Notes: a model not told the origin generated them from the letters alone. DNA of 63,179 bases, filler included, from Reticulomyxa filosa (GCA_000512085.1; 13 parts of 13 records of this genome joined end to end with filler, not necessarily neighbours in it), one strand, 5' to 3'. Shown: positions 1-13,683, numbered from the whole stretch's first letter. Program-made: numbers and translations.

Positions 1-1449
1 ATAAATACAAAATTTGTGTTTTTATTGAAAGGAATTCCAGTTGGCGACGCATTGACCGAACTAACCAGAAAGATTTTTTTTTAAGTGCTGGTTGTATGAT
101 AATCATAGTTCAATAGCCAATCATCCAAGCAAATTCAATACCTTTTTTTCCTATTTATTTAACTGCTTTTGAAAAATTTAAAATATTGTTTGAAGAAAAG
201 ACGAATGGAGCGACTATTTCTTGTAATCGAAACAAGAATGTTTTGTTATAAGTGTTAATGATTCTTCTACTGGGTAATCTTTATTATATACAAGCACTTT
301 GTTATTGCATGCATTCCTAAGATTATTGGATCTATCGCTGTCGTAACAATAATTCAAACAAATTTACAACTGAAATAATCCAGCAATGCCAGAATATATT
401 TATTTTCGTTTCATTTGAAGTTGCTAAAATTATTGTTACAAAATACTACATTTGCCTTTTCATAACTTAGATTTACTGCTGAATTGCACCGATTGCCATA
501 TCTATATTGTACATGAGGCTGCAAAAAAAACTGAACAGATAAAACTCCACCTTGTAGGGAAAGGCCTAATGTTTAGTGTCAAGGTTCAAGCGAACCTTGA
601 AATCTCTTTTCTCAAAACTTCTCTAATAACTTACTTCTTTTATCTCGTTTTTCTTTTCTTGTTTTGTTGTCATGTATCTTTGAATTAATTTACTTGTTCT
701 TTACTGAAAGGTCGCTCAGAGAGCAATATCTTTTCGTATTACACTTTGTGCCGGTTAGCACTCGAAGATGACAAATATTTAGATCGAATTCTCTTAAACA
801 TTCGCAAATTTTTTTTGCAAATTTTTATTTGTATTAAATTGTATTGCTTTTTTTATTGGATCTTGTTTTAATGCTTTAATTTAAAGTCATTTTTGTTTTC
901 TTTTAAAAAATGATACAAATTTAATATTTTAAAAGCTTGCGTTAAAATTGTTGTCCGCGTTATAATAGATAAAACTGACCCCTTTTTTGTTATTGAATAC
1001 TATAGGGACAACGGGCACGACTAAATATAATACAAAAGCTACATACTTTGGTAGCTATTTATTTGACTTACATTAAACCATATGACTTGTTGCATATGCA
1101 TAAATACAACAAAAAAAGCAAATATTTTGAATGATATATCAATTTTTAAGTTTCTACTATTACAGTATTAAGTAGCTTATATACCATAAATATTATAGCA
1201 ATGGTGCGTTGCTACTTGCCTATATCAATATTTCTTGTTTTTATGCAATCTGAAAACTTATATACTGACATTAAATCTCTTTTGAGTCAAATAAGACAAA
1301 TCTTATTGTGTGAACAAAACAGCATTGTTTAAATTACAGCATCCTAAAAATAAAAGAGTAGCAAAAAGAAATAAAACAACTCGGTTTGTCAAGTTTTTGT
1401 AAACTTGAAAAGTTTTACTAAAAATTCCACCGTCAATTATCTTGTAGCT

Positions 1450-2867
1450 ATGAATAAGTCTGATCAAGAAGATCAGACCGAAGCAAAAAATGATAAGAAT
1501 AGCAATTATTTGGCAGAAATGTTTGGCTCTTCAGCTACTTCATTGCAAGAGCTAAGGCGTGCAGTGAGTCTTGCAACAAATACAGTTTTGATTGAATCGC
1601 TGTATTTTTTTTCCGGCAAGGTGTACATTAAAATATGTATATAGTATAATTTTTTTGTACGTTGTATTGCGTAAAACAACAAAAGACGGAACGGTCGCAT
1701 AATATAAAGCCATCGAGACTGGGCATTGAAGGTCTCAATTCAGTGGTGCATTCACTGAAACAAGACGATATATATAAGAAAAGCTTCCCTCCACCTCGTC
1801 CTCCGCTGATGAGTTCATCAGGGCTAGTTTCTCCACCAAATGACCTAAGTACCAATTCAAATGGAATGCGCTATTGTCAGATCCATCAACCAGCCAAGCA
1901 TCTCAATGGAAACAAGCCAAATTCTCATTCGAAGACAAAAAGTAGCCGTCATGGTTCGTATAAAAGGGGGGGGGGGCAGGGAGAAGAAGAGGTCCATTTT
2001 TTTTTGAATTTTTTTCCCCTTCCCCCCCCCTCTTACTTATTCTATTGTATTTTACCTATGTCAAAAGTACACATAGTTTAAGTATCCCACGTACACAAAC
2101 AATTAACAGCGAAATTGACAACGATCAATGACGTGTTGGACGAAGACGATAGTGATAGCGACGAGGGTCCAGCAACAGTGCCAAGAAAAAAGAAACCAAA
2201 CAAATCAAAGTCATTGCCTTTAAGTATATCAAGTCCAGCATCGTCTGCGTCCAGTCGTAAGCAGCACAAGCAGAAGAATAAAGACAAGGATAAGAACAAT
2301 ATCAACAACAGAACAATCGTCCACATTCGCAAACAAAGACAGACTGGCAGGAGGATGAGCAAGAAGAACAGAACGACAACAATGACAGTAATAACAATAA
2401 TAACAATAACAACAATAACAACAATATGAATACAATGGAAGTGGCACAACAACTAATAAAGCGTCCTCCTTCAAAGCAGAAGCAGCTGAGTACTCCGACG
2501 GATGGCAAAGTGAAGCCATCTTCGCAAGCAGCGCCGGTGCTGGACGCGCTGCACGCAAATGGCAACGTGGCAAACAAGCATATGTTGTTTCTGTCCTCGA
2601 CGTCGGCATTAGCATCCGCTTCTGCATCCGCGTCCACATCCGTGTCTTCCACACATGTGCCTACACCGGTGCCCACACCAACACCGACACCAACGCTGAC
2701 ATCCACGCCAGCACCATCACAGTCGCCGTCTTCTTCACCGCTGACCCACGTCGTGCCCCCTCCGCCAACAGCATCACGAAATGCTGACTCGGCGAATATT
2801 ACTCTAAATCAGGATGATAGTAAGCCACGACATATTAATAATAATAATAATAATAATAATAATGGTG

Positions 2868-2899
<32 letters not shown>

Positions 2900-3605
2900 C
2901 CTCCACCTCCTCTCGGTCGTCCTCGTCGTCCTGTTCCTCCTTCGCCTCCTTCTTCGCCTGTGCGCACGAACAGTGTCGGTGAAATCTCTCGGCCCTTACC
3001 CGCAAAGCCTGCCAGTTTGAAAGCTTCGACACCACAAGCCATTCTGAACAGTCGAAGACAAAGAGCAAAAGCTTGGAAAACATAACTGACACTACCAATG
3101 TCGCTGTTCGCACCAGCGATCCCGGTCAACGCGTGCCGTCCCTTGCGCACGACGATCAACCCGCCGCCGACAAAAGCCACACGCGAGACGGCTCGCAGAC
3201 CAAATTCGTGATCGTCGACGACGTTTCCATGCAACAGAGGAGGCGTGCCAGTGCAAAAGTAGATATGATTTCGGAAACAGAAGCGTTGAGAATCCATTGT
3301 CATATTTTCATTTGTTTTTTTTTGAGGTATACATCTGGCCAATGGCATTCAAACAAACGAAATAATTGACAGGCACTTTGATTTGGAATTCACCGAAGAA
3401 TGGATTGTGTGGAAGTCTGACCCAACTTCACAATTGGAAATGTACGTGTTTCACGCAAGAGATTTGTTGGGCAAATTCCCACAAGAAATAACCAAGTCCT
3501 TCTTTAATGTCAGAAAGCCAGATGACAATGATTTCCTGGATTTCAAATTTGTATGGTTTTTCAAAAAAACAGCTGACAATGGTGATAACAATAGCAATAA
3601 TAACA

Positions 3606-3654
<49 letters not shown>

Positions 3655-6600
3655 TAATAATGAAAATGATCCAGTAAAACCATCACACTTTGCTCCTCAA
3701 CAATATGCTCGATTGACGAAATTAAGAGAAAGCACAGGGAAGCATAAACCTATCCCACCCCCTGCAAATTCTCGAAAAAACAAACCCAACACAAACAACA
3801 CTTCTTCTTCGTCTCGCGAATCGACAGCTGCTCCTGGAGGCTCCAATCTCTTGCAGACATATTCCAGCTTGCTCGGCAATGACTTTGAACGCCATCGCAA
3901 GACAGGAAGCGTGGCGAGTAGTGATATCGGCAGCGATTTGGACGAGGACATTCAACAGCGCTATTTGCACACTCCAAAGCACCACAAAACATCCATTTTG
4001 CAGTTGAGTTGATTTTTGAGAGAGAGAGAGAGAGAACAATAACAACAAAAGAATCATTTTGGTAGTAATCTGTCATGTGTGTTTGTAAGCAAAGCAAGCA
4101 TCAGCTATTGCCTGATTTGAATGATTTTCTAAAGAATTACAACCACGGGATACTTTTGGAAGCGGATAATTGTTTGTTGTATCAATTGGACGCAAAGGAT
4201 GTCATTCAAGAATTTTTAAGTGATAACAGCGATGGAATGATGATCAAAGTGGGAGTGGTATCATTTTTTTTTTTTTTTTTTGTTTGTTTATTTTTGGGCA
4301 AAGGAGAAGAGAGAGAAATTTCTATGTATTTTCATACACGATGTTGTCTGTGTTGTTGTGAGTTCAGTTGCGTGGCTACTGCCAATTTTCGCATGATTGG
4401 TGCTTGGACTGGTTGAATGTTAGCATGCAACAAACGACAGATCAAAAGTATTTTATCTGCGTGGACTGTGGAAAAAGCTACAGGGAAATAGCCAAGCCAA
4501 TACCATGGCTACTGGGACATTCCAAAGAACACGACTTTCAACCAATTCAGCTCTGCGGGCTCTGCTTCACTGAGGCACACAAAGAGGCTATCGATAGTGC
4601 CAGAATCAACATCCACGAATACGTCGAAGCAAATTTAAACACTCCCACCCAAGCCATGGAACTTTGTTTGGTGCATCGATTGTTTACCACAAGCAGGTCC
4701 TTTTTTACCTTGTTTTTATTTTATTTTGTTTTGTTTTTGGATAGAAAAAAAAAATTTTCTTTTTTTTTTTTTTTTAAAAAAAAATGGGATTTTAAAAAAA
4801 AAAAAAAAGATTTGAAAAATGACAAAAACAGTCGGCTAATGCTAACGTTGGCCAATGAATTTCAATATATGTGGAAAAATCGCCGTGAGGATCACAAAAA
4901 AATGCTGCAAATCATTAATTTGTAATTAACGTTATTTTGTGTTGTTTTTGTTCTGTTACACAAAAAAAAAAAAAAAAAAATTAACCACAAAAAAAAATAC
5001 GTATAAACAAACAAAAAAATGGAAGTATGTGCCAGTGGGTGAATTTTTTATGGGAGGAAGATTTTTCTTGTAACAGTCCGGCGCAGCGTCATTTGAAGGC
5101 ATTTATAAGCAATTTGTTAAGCGTATCAAATGGACGTCCAACTTACAAAGACGTGTTCCAAGCAACACAGTTACTTTTATCTAGTTATCGCAAACAGTAT
5201 TTGCACGAAAAACAGACGCAACGGGACAAAGAAGACGCTCGTGATCGTCTTGGCTCGCCGCATCCTCATCTTCCAGTGACACCGCCATCACCACTGTCCC
5301 CTATTTACAGCAACACAGATTTGGTTGATACACGGATGGCCAACTGTCTCCTTAATGAAAGTGAAGAGGTCGACCGTCGAGCGAAGAAATTTGAATTGAT
5401 GTTGCAAATCAAGTGCCAACATATGGAAAAATGTCGCAGTGATTATGCCAACGGACAAAGTTTTATTTTGGAATTGTGCGAAAAAGACAATAACGACCTT
5501 ATCGACTATGAGCTTTTGTCCAATGAAATTATCCTCAATCACATGTTTTCCAACAACTCTAATCCCTGGTTGTTGAATGACGATGGCAACCGCTCTCCAA
5601 ATACAAATATCAACAATGAAAAAAAAACTAAGAAATTCTTTGGTGGACGCTTTGCTAAGAATGAAAGTTTGGAAAAAGAGCTCGATCAAGCTGCTACCCA
5701 ACTCTTGAAAGATGAGTGCAGGGTTATTGCCGAGTTATTTTTTTTTAGCTCCAATCTTAAAATACAACAATTATAACAAATTTCCGATATAAATCACTCT
5801 TTATAAATTGACCTCGCACCTCCCTTTTTTTTTTTTTTTGTTTACAGACAGCTGACCTTGATGATGTTCGAAAAATTCCGGAAAATAACCCCTACTGAAT
5901 TGCTTCAAAAAGTTTGTTTTCTTTGTCTTTATTTTGGTGAATTTTCCAAAAAAACCAATTTTTCTTTTTTAAAAAAAAAAAGGGATGGACAACACACGAC
6001 AAATGGACCCGTGCTCCCAATGTTGTAGATATGATTTTTTTTTGTGAGTCAATTTCGGTATGGGTGCAATTGGAAATAATTACAGAAAAACCTGCTTTTC
6101 GCTACCGAACTTATGAAAAATTTATCTACATTGCCAAAGAACTCGAAAAAATCAATAATCAATATGGACTGCTCCAAATGTTTGCTGGTTTGGATTCGCA
6201 TTGCATCAATCGCTTTAAAAAGCTTGAAAAAGTTACTCTTCATTCTATTCCGTGCAAAAAATAAAAATAATAAAGCACGTATACACGCGAATACACAAAC
6301 TACTCATTCGAAAACAAATATTGAAAGGTTCTGGAAACGTCGAATCCCGAACTTGCCGCATTTATGAAAAATACTGCAAAGTTGATGAATACGTCCAAAA
6401 ACTTTTTTAATTTACGGCAGGGTTTGTGGAGATTGGAAACACCATGCATCCCTTACTTGGGCGTGTTTCTCAAAGATGCGTTCATGATTGATGAATTGCT
6501 TACAAAATCAAAAATTGGAAGAGCTGATCCTGAACAAACCAAACCAGTTTGGAATATTTATCATCAAATTAATGCTTATAGACAGGTATTGCAAGCACGT

Positions 6601-6826
6601 ATTCCATTATACGTATATTATATGTGTTTAGAGTTTTTTCTTAAAACAAACGATATCTAAAAAAAATTAGGAGTTTTATCGCTTTCCTCAGCTGAAACGA
6701 TTGGCTAAATACTTAAAACGCGAATTGCATTTTGCTAGTGAAATCGATCTGAACTTGCTGAGTGAATGCAGTAAGCAATTAGCAAAAACAGAAAATTCGA
6801 CAGAAAAGACAAAGTGGTGGGGATGA
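1450..6826 (+). CDS. RasGEF (REM + CDC25 domain) with long low-complexity N-terminus; multi-exon
   Basis: Spliced C-terminus reads QLTLMMFEKFRKITPTELLQK|GWTTHDKWTRAPNVVDMI...YEKFIYIAKELEKINNQYGLLQMFAGLDSHCINRF...PCIPYLGVFLKDAFMIDE, typical CDC25 motifs. REM-like segment CQWVNFLWEEDF at 5027. Last exon 6671-6826 ends in TGA. Apparent 1-nt frameshifts near 2308 and 3068; start codon tentative. Confidence 0.85.
2836..2897 (+). repeat. (AAT)n then (CAT)n microsatellites encoding poly-Asn and poly-His
   Basis: Direct reading; a second (AAT/AAC)n poly-Asn tract lies at about 3587-3661. Confidence 0.9.
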
Positions 6827-7596
6827 GTGGCATGCCACGTATATCTCGTCATTTTTGTGCTCTGTGCCAAATTGTTACGTCTTTTTTGATTTGTAACCCT
6901 CAAAAAAGCGACATACGTTTTCCATATTGTTTTTTTATCCTCCAATGTCCGTGGTCAACTGGAAAAAGTTTATAACATGGTCTGATCAAGAACTCTACTT
7001 TTTCCAGTTTTCTCCTTCCCTTCGATTTGTTACTTTTGAATTGATGATTTTATTGAAATCAAATGTGGGAGAAGTGTTGATCAACTGCTGTAGCACTTAA
7101 AGTGGTTTTAACAAAAAATAATAATAACTAATTTTCATATTTTTTTAGTTTTGTTTTTTTATATAACAATGCCTACTGTCATTCCATAATATATATATTG
7201 TCGAGGTTGAGAGTTCTCACACTGTGTTAATTTGGTTCTGTTTATTACATTTTTGGTGTCGAAGCTACATTCAACCTAACTGTCGATATCTGACATTTTG
7301 GTAAAAACCATTGCTTTTTATGTACCTTCTTTCGAATTGTAAGAGGGACAATTCATTGGGCTAGATATTTTAGTTTCGAGCAATCTTGTTACAAAAAAAG
7401 TACAGAGATAATCTGAAGGAATTATTGGAAAAAATTATAGGCATAAGTGATCTTGTTATATCATTAATTGCTTTAAATAAGGAACAATATACAATGAATA
7501 CTGCATCAATTTACAAGAGATTACATTATGAACAAATCGTACGATGAAAGTTACGTCAAATATGCAATAAAAAATAAAATAAAAAATAAAACATAA

Positions 7597-8666
7597 ATGA
7601 ATGCATTGGATAATTTTGACAAAAACAAACAAGCAACTCGATACTTGACTCGGATAAAAACTAGAATAAAAAATCGAAGTGAAAAGAATATGAAAACAAA
7701 TGCAAATATAAATACAAATATAAATAATCGAAATTCTCGCTCTTCATGTATGTAATTAATATTTGAGAAAAAAAATTGATTAATTAATTATATGAAAAAA
7801 ATAAATGTAGGTATTGAAGAAGAAAATGAATTACTTGGTAAAATTATAAAAGCAATACAAGAAACAAATACAAAATTACAAAATGAAAATAATCAACTTC
7901 GAAATGAAATAATGATATTAAAAAAAGGATGTGATCAAGAAAATGAATTAAAACAAAAAATAAATATATTAGAAAATCAAATTAATTATTATAAACAAGA
8001 TATTTTTAGATTTGAAATGGATAAATTAGAATTATTAGAAGAGAATCGTTATTTTGTGAATGAATTGAGAAATGTTTGTAATGAAAGAGAGTTGAGTATA
8101 AAATAATAAATGAATATATAATAAATAAATATATACAAATATATAAATAAATATATACATCATTAGATTATTGCAAACTCAATTAAATACATTAGAACAA
8201 AAATTATTACAATTTCGTTTTAACAAAATGCAGCTTAAAATTAATAAACAAATAATATTTGAAGAAAAAGAGTTAAATATTATTATATATAATATATATT
8301 TTAAAATAAATATAAATGTAAACTATTATTATATAATAATAATAGTAATGAAGATAAATGTAACTCACCTTTAATTAATAATTCATTTTCACAAATAATT
8401 ATAAATGTAAAAAATATGGAAAATGAAATGAATAATATTACTTTATATAAAACAATTATTCATCAATTATTAAAAGAAATGGAAAATTTAAAAAATCAAA
8501 TTCAAATTAAGCATTGCATGTATGAACAAAGTCAAAGACAATATCAATTAATTTTATCTCAATATCAATCTTTATCAAAAAAGTTATTTATATATTATAA
8601 TTATTTATTATTTATTATTATTTATAATATAAAATAGATTTCATCAAACAATTTCAGAAAAAGTCC
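7597..8666 (+). CDS. Very AT-rich coiled-coil protein, multi-exon, 3'-truncated by contig end
   Basis: Exon from ATG 7597 splices in frame (T|GT ATT GAA) into the E/K/Q/N-rich heptad ORF 7792-8106; further coiled-coil exons to about 8580. Confidence 0.5.
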
Positions 8667-8766
8667 NNNNNNNNNNNNNNNNNNNNNNNNNNNNNNNNNN
8701 NNNNNNNNNNTTAATTAATTAANNNNNNNNNNNNNNNNNNNNNNNNNNNNNNNNNNNNNNNNNNNN
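8667..8766. other. Artificial contig-joining spacer
   Basis: N44-TTAATTAATTAA-N44; stop codons in all six frames. Confidence 0.97.
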
Positions 8767-8850
8767 AAAAAAAAAAAAAAAAAAAAAGGGGAGGAAAAAA
8801 GAGAAGTGCAAGAGACACGATTTTGCGACAAATGCAAACGCAAATTTTTT

Positions 8851-9513
8851 TTAACCATTTTCGGCAACGAGTTTCAATTGGTTCGCTCGCACAAATACAC
8901 CCGATTGTTGGTCACATTTAAAATATACAATGTTATCAATCGAACCATTCGTGTTGCCTTTCATTGCCCCTTTCTTGTCCCCTCGGTCAATTAACTCAAT
9001 CCCATACCAAATCCCCGTCTCATCGAACATTGTCTGTCCAACAAAGCGCACCCGCCCTTTCCCATAATTATTCACGATTACCATTTCGTTCAAAGGAATT
9101 TGCTTTACTTCACTGTTTCCCTTTTTTTTTTTTTTTTTTTGCATTATGTACACACATTTTTTGAAAATTGGTGAGTCTTTTTTTTTTTTTGTATTGCCCT
9201 TTTTCACATGTATATGCATATGCGGTCCTTTCCCTTCTCCACCAGTTTTGACAACATATGTCACACGCTTCACTAAACTTTTCAAAACGGTTACAATGTC
9301 TTTGGATTGCACAAATATCCCGTGGTTTTCTGCACAGTTAAAGTACGCTCGGTTTCTCACCTTTCCATTGTGCTTGCCATCCTTTTTTTGTAACTCAACA
9401 CCAAACCAGGTTCGACCTGGGAAAAAATCAGTATGGCCTATATATTTTACTGCACCTTGCCCTCCATCTGATAATTCTACAATATCACCGTAACATATTC
9501 GTAACTTCGCCAT
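8851..9513 (-). CDS. Protein with two N-terminal CAP-Gly domains (CLIP/dynactin p150-like region), 3'-partial
   Basis: GAVKYIGHTDFFPGRTWFGVELQKKDGKHNGKVRNRAYFNC and GRVRFVGQTMFDETGIWYGIEL...GNTNGSIDNIVYFKC. In-frame intron 9121-9273. Confidence 0.9.
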   Translation of the reverse strand: MAKLRICYGDIVELSDGGQGAVKYIGHTDFFPGRTWFGVELQKKDGKHNGKVRNRAYFNCAENHGIFVQSKDIVTVLKSLVKRVTYVVKTGGEGKGPHMHIHVKKGNTKKKKDSPIFKKCVYIMQKKKKKKGNSEVKQIPLNEMVIVNNYGKGRVRFVGQTMFDETGIWYGIELIDRGDKKGAMKGNTNGSIDNIVYFKCDQQSGVFVRANQLKLVAENG

Positions 9514-9939
9514 CCACAATATTCCTAGTCTTAACTTGCTTCCCCTCCTTCCTTTTACACACTCTTAACTTGATTTTTCTCTTGTTTTTTTATTTTTTTG
9601 CATTCTTTGTTACGCTTTAGTTGCAGTTAAAATTTACAAAAAAATCAAACACTCTTTTCTCTTAAATTTTCAACGTTTTCAGCTTTTTTTTTCTCTCTAA
9701 GATTGATATTGTACAGTTTAAACAAGTTATTACTGAAAAAGTTACATGTGTCTATCTTAAATTGATTTGGTTTTTTTTTGGCGAATGAATTGATCTGTTC
9801 AGTTTATCATTATTGTTGTCATCTTTTGCATGCGAGTTACAAGAACGATAAAAATGAAATGTTTACAAATTGAGAACATGAAGAATGTGTTGCGATAGCA
9901 GGAAAAAAAAGATAACGAAAACATAAAAAAAAAAAAAAA

Positions 9940-11135
9940 TCAAACGAGTTGAACATCTTGTGGGTCAACATATAAGTCGGTATCAGCAAAACGTACAGTG
10001 ATTTGATCATAGCTGCTTCCAGTTCTTGGCAAGAAATGCAAGGCTATGAAACCTGTTCTTAAATGGTATGGAGAAGTGTCTTTATGAAAAATGACTCGTG
10101 TTCCCACCAATAGCCTTTCCATCTTGTTGGAATTGGGAGGGTTTGTTTGTGAAAAAACAGAAGGTGTTGGTTTTTTGGAATCTGTGGAGGTATCTATCTG
10201 CTCAACAAAACATGGAGGCTCAAACCAAATAAATTGAGTTCCAACCTTAACTTGGATGCCATTGGTTGGATGATGCCGAATGACCTCTCCAACTTTGTCA
10301 CAAAAGTTGTCCATCCATTTCCAATAGTCGTTACGATTGGCCAAATCAAAACCTTTTTGTACTTCCTTTGGGTGTGACTTTATTTTTACTTTAGATCCAA
10401 TTGGAAACAACTCCAAAGACAAATCCGGATTCTTTCTTTTTGGGAAAGAGGAATTCGTCTACCAGTCCAAATGGCTCCATATTCTGATGAGCTTCCACTA
10501 GACCCAAAAAAAGAGTCTCGAATTTCGCAGTGATCAGAACCCACTAAACATTTGATAAAGTCACCATAGTAGACAGTCACAAACTTTTCGTTTTTTTGCA
10601 AGGACAATTTGTGAGGTTTTTCTTTCTCAAAATCAGTGTGAATTGCTATTGTCCCAACTTCTTCAATTGTTTCAGTATCCCATCGAAACTCATTGCCAAA
10701 TTTTCGAAGCACTTCTTTGCTGGTGCACTTCACTTTATCACCACAAAACAGGCGCACAGGCACCACATCCACTGTTCCACTCAGCTGGACCACGGAACAG
10801 GGCTCATACCAAACACACTCATTATCTTCAAACCGTATCAGTATACCGTTTGTCGGATGATGGTCGATAACTTTTCCAAGGTCACCACAATGCTTGTTCA
10901 TTGACGGCCAGTAGTCAATCCGGTTCACTAAATTTACGCTTTCTTGTACTTTGCTCTTGCTTTCGACCCAGACTTGACTACCTGTACCTGGAAAAAAATG
11001 CGATAAATAATATCTTCCTATCAGTCGCTTTACTTCACGAGGAATATTAGGGAATCTTCCCTTTCTTTTCCAATAAGAGAAAATGTATGTCTCTCTTATA
11101 TCTTCACTTTTTGTATAGTTGGACATTGCTGGCAA
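9940..11135 (-). CDS. Mind-bomb-type SH3-like repeat protein; two ORFs joined by an apparent frameshift near 10437
   Basis: Two similar repeats: VNRIDYWPSMNKHCGDLGKVIDHHPTNGILIRF..VWYEPCSV and ANRNDYWKWMDNFCDKVGEVIRHHPTNGIQVKV..IWFEPPCF. These resemble MIB REP/SH3_15 repeats. Confidence 0.6.
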
Positions 11136-11934
11136 AAAGGGAAAAAAAGCACGATATTTGTCGACCAGTTTTTAGGCCGTTTTTTTTTTTAGTAAAGTTT
11201 GACAACTTTATCCAAAAGGATATAGCGTGCACAAAACATATTAATTGGTCCAACGATTTACAACAAAGAGAAAATTTATTTATCATGATACAATATTTGT
11301 TGCTTAACAAGTTGAATGCTGACGTTTTGTCATTTTATATATTTTTGTACTTTGTTCACTTTACTTCATTTTTGCGATCACTTTTGACACTTTTTCCTTT
11401 AGACTACAGATTAAGTTTATTTTTTAAAATATTTTCATCTAGTTTGAAACTTAATTTTTCGTTTCTTTTTTAAAGAAATATAATTATCTGTGTTTATTTC
11501 AATTTTGTCTTTTAAAAGTATTTTGTATAAATTTTTATTAATTTGTTTAATTTAAATTATTTATTATTGAAAAGTACAAGTAATTTTTGATAATGTTCTA
11601 CAATTGCAATTTGTAAATATATGTAAAGTCGTATTTGTATCTTTAGATTTAAATCTATTTTGTATTGAGTTCCAAATGAAAATAATATTGTATGTAGTTG
11701 TTTCATCATCTTATTTATTTCGTTTTCGTTTTGGTGTAGTTGTATTTTTAAAAGATATCTTTGGAAATATTTGCAAGTGTTATCAAATAAATTCAATTTT
11801 TATTTGATTAAGTTGTAATGGTCACATATCAAGAGAAAGAGAACTCAATTTGTAAATTTCACAAATAAATCAAATTATCATAACTTCAAATTTTTAAAAA
11901 ATTTTATCTGTTTCAATTAAATCAAGTTATTGAT

Positions 11935-13683
11935 CTAAATATCAAAAGACGTCAGCATTTTAGTCTTGGGATCAAAATACTTGTTTGAATAAGGCAATAA
12001 GCAAGAATTGTTGATTGGCCATAGTTGAGTAGTGGCAGAAGGTAGTTTGTCTTCTTTGGAAAAGATCTTAGAAACAATTGGGCATACATAAGCTTCAAGT
12101 TGTACACCTTTGTTTTTGACAACTGAGTTCCACCAGGTCAAATTGTCGAAAGAAAAGACGCCAAGATGGCCAAACCGCATGAGTGCAGAGACGAGGATAT
12201 CTGCAGACGGATGATTGCAATCGTAGAAGAATGTGTGTATGCACTCTTGAAAGAAAGTGATGACCCAATTGGGGACAAAGATGGAGTCATTATTTCGATT
12301 ATTGTATTCGATGGTGGTCCTCAATTTGTTGAGAAGATACCACCATTGAATCAGCCTAATTCGACCGTGTTCGAGAATAAGTTCATATAGAACTTGTTCC
12401 AGTCGTGTTAACACATGCAAGGTAGTATTGGGATGAGTGGCAAGACATTGGAGCAGAGTATGAATCCATCCGTGTTTAAACACATAATAGAGCCAGGATA
12501 TAAATGCGACATCATTTGCCCGACGACAAGAGCATTGAAAATTAAAAGTCCGCATGAACACAGTCAGCAAGATGGGTGGATATACTGGCCGAAGGTCCGG
12601 ATTTCTGTGTCCGATATGATAAAACCATCGTCGATGATACGGATGTTCAGGCGGAATAGTCTCCAGCAAAGAAAAAGCGGACTTGGAATGAAGATGAAAA
12701 CGGAGCAATTCATCGATTTTCTCGAATGTGTATTCCGACATCGATTTGTCAAGTTGAATGCAAAGAGCAATGCACTCCAAAACCCCATTGATCTCCGAAT
12801 CGGAAAACCATGTCGTAAAGATATTTGCACGAGTAACGATCTTGTCGCATATTAAAAAAGGTGGAACAGCACGCACTTTCAGTAAATGCTGCAGCAATGT
12901 ACAGAATGATTCCTGCATTAAGGGTGAGGTTATCTTCGAAACGGCATAATCCAATACCATGCGCACTTCCATTGCAACCATGCCCACAGTGATGGGCCAG
13001 TTTGATGAGTTTTTCAGATACGGCTCCAACAGCCGATCCACCAAATCATAGAACCGCACGGTCATACCAAGTCCGATCACTGGGCCGTACAATACAACAT
13101 CGTCGATTATGTCGGATACAAACTTGGTTTCAATCACCTTTCGACACTCTGCGCTGCGAATAATACCAACGTATTTCTGCAGATACGGTTGTATCGTCCC
13201 GTTCACGTGTTGCAAGATCTTGGCAAAGGTTGCCCCCAACGTGTTGGAAAATTGGATATTATCCGCATCGATGTTTGACTGCACGTATACACACAGATCG
13301 AACATGATGGCACACCACTCCTGCGGAATCGTCTTTTCATCACTATCTGTCTGCATCGCCTGTGTCGAAGTCGATGTTAATTGTGGTTGTGGTTGTGGTT
13401 GTAGTTGTGGTTGTACGGACTCCAATACCAATGTTATTGTGCGGACAATCAATTCTGCTCTCACAATGCTCATGTGAAAGGCATACAGGTCAAAGCACAG
13501 TGGATTGACGCTCTGTAGTATGCGCTTAAAGTATCGAATCGCTTGTTCGTTTCCAATGGCTTTGTCTTTCAATTGCTCCATCAGAATATACGTTTGACTC
13601 GCTTGATGATGGTTGGCTTTGTTCTTTTTGTTCGTTGTGCCATCCTCTTTGACATCGGCCATTGCTTTATCGTCATCATCGTT
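11935..13683 (-). CDS. Uncharacterised, probably alpha-helical (HEAT/ARM-like) protein; single long exon, probably 5'-partial
   Basis: 575-aa uninterrupted ORF. The frame stays open upstream of ATG 13662 to the contig edge (NDDDDKAM). Confidence 0.7.
   Translation of the reverse strand, partial: NDDDDKAMADVKEDGTTNKKNKANHHQASQTYILMEQLKDKAIGNEQAIRYFKRILQSVNPLCFDLYAFHMSIVRAELIVRTITLVLESVQPQLQPQPQPQLTSTSTQAMQTDSDEKTIPQEWCAIMFDLCVYVQSNIDADNIQFSNTLGATFAKILQHVNGTIQPYLQKYVGIIRSAECRKVIETKFVSDIIDDVVLYGPVIGLGMTVRFYDLVDRLLEPYLKNSSNWPITVGMVAMEVRMVLDYAVSKITSPLMQESFCTLLQHLLKVRAVPPFLICDKIVTRANIFTTWFSDSEINGVLECIALCIQLDKSMSEYTFEKIDELLRFHLHSKSAFSLLETIPPEHPYHRRWFYHIGHRNPDLRPVYPPILLTVFMRTFNFQCSCRRANDVAFISWLYYVFKHGWIHTLLQCLATHPNTTLHVLTRLEQVLYELILEHGRIRLIQWWYLLNKLRTTIEYNNRNNDSIFVPNWVITFFQECIHTFFYDCNHPSADILVSALMRFGHLGVFSFDNLTWWNSVVKNKGVQLEAYVCPIVSKIFSKEDKLPSATTQLWPINNSCLLPYSNKYFDPKTKMLTSFDI

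Noticed and set aside
579-600. Perfect 9-bp hairpin TCAAGGTTC-AAGC-GAACCTTGA
   Set aside because: Isolated, with no terminator or Helitron-end context; one such stem is plausible by chance in 63 kb.
2078-3654. Antisense and alternative-frame ORFs with poly-Leu, poly-Ile or poly-Tyr
   Set aside because: Shadows of trinucleotide microsatellites in the RasGEF gene. The same applies at 60511-61173.
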